Source: Vermamoeba vermiformis | Taxonomy: Eukaryota | Assembly (NCBI GenBank): GCA_045837725.1 | Contig: JBEWZL010000276.1 | Coordinates: 62,001-126,000 of the forward strand | Reading direction: 5' to 3' | Length of the DNA: 64,000 bases | Shown: positions 63,750-64,000 of the stretch, one piece after another | How positions within the stretch are numbered: the first letter of the stretch is position 1 | Layout: every line of letters starts with the position of its first letter | Program-made: the position numbers and the translations under genes | Notes under the pieces: model-generated | Told to the model about the DNA's origin: nothing | Seen by the model: the letters and a program-made list of their open reading frames with translations, nothing else | Databases searched by the model: none

Positions 63750-64000
63750 TTATTCGTACTTGTCTGTCATATGTTCCAGACGTCGATACTTTCGTTTCTC
63801 TTCTTCAATCTGCGAAAACAAATTCTCGTACAACTTCCGCTTGCGTTCTTGTCGCTTAATCACGGCTTGAACAATGTCTGTTTCTTCTTGCACGCTCTCT
63901 TCACCCATTGAAATGTCTTCAATGACACTAGTACTTGGAGCAGGACCAGCGATTGGCGCCTTTCGCGGTGTGCTTGGCGTGCTCGATGCAACTGGAGTGC
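63750..64000 (-). CDS. 3' end of an unidentified coiled-coil-rich gene entering from the right edge
   Basis: DIVQAVIKRQERKRKLYENLFSQIEEEKRKYRRLEHMTDKYE*. Confidence 0.45.
   Translation of the reverse strand, partial: TPVASSTPSTPRKAPIAGPAPSTSVIEDISMGEESVQEETDIVQAVIKRQERKRKLYENLFSQIEEEKRKYRRLEHMTDKYE

Noticed and set aside
1-64000. CRISPR array, rRNA or intact transposase/reverse transcriptase
   Set aside because: No regularly spaced repeats, rRNA signatures or RT/DDE motifs were seen

Overview
This is gene-dense, intron-rich eukaryotic DNA with short GT-AG introns and CTAAY branch points. It is most consistent with an amoebozoan-type protist, which is an inference from gene content. I find about 30 protein genes (including GPAA1, NSE1, NECAB-like, P5C reductase, 2OG-Fe oxygenase, PTGR3-like, VNX1-type CAX, PDCD2, MED11-like, LOG family, receptor kinase, F-box/ankyrin, FIG4, U-box/SAM and SUKH) and three tRNAs, two of them inside one NSE1 intron. 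The standout is a small family of MYRF-like genes. They encode a putative N-terminal DNA-binding domain, a self-cleaving intramolecular-chaperone (ICA/Peptidase_S74) domain, one transmembrane helix and a plant-receptor-type LRR ectodomain. The window holds an intact copy (24998-27485), a disrupted copy (12472-15090) and an LRR-only relic (about 24630-24926). Between the two long copies the ICA is nearly identical, while the LRR ligand-facing residues differ almost everywhere. A roughly 2.2 kb CpG-depleted island (about 10860-13020) covers a Crinkler-like NTPase/nuclease pseudogene and the LRR end of the disrupted copy, which suggests local cytosine methylation. All calls come from motif recognition by eye; no searches were run. 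Exon boundaries are approximate, and the assembly probably contains some indel errors.
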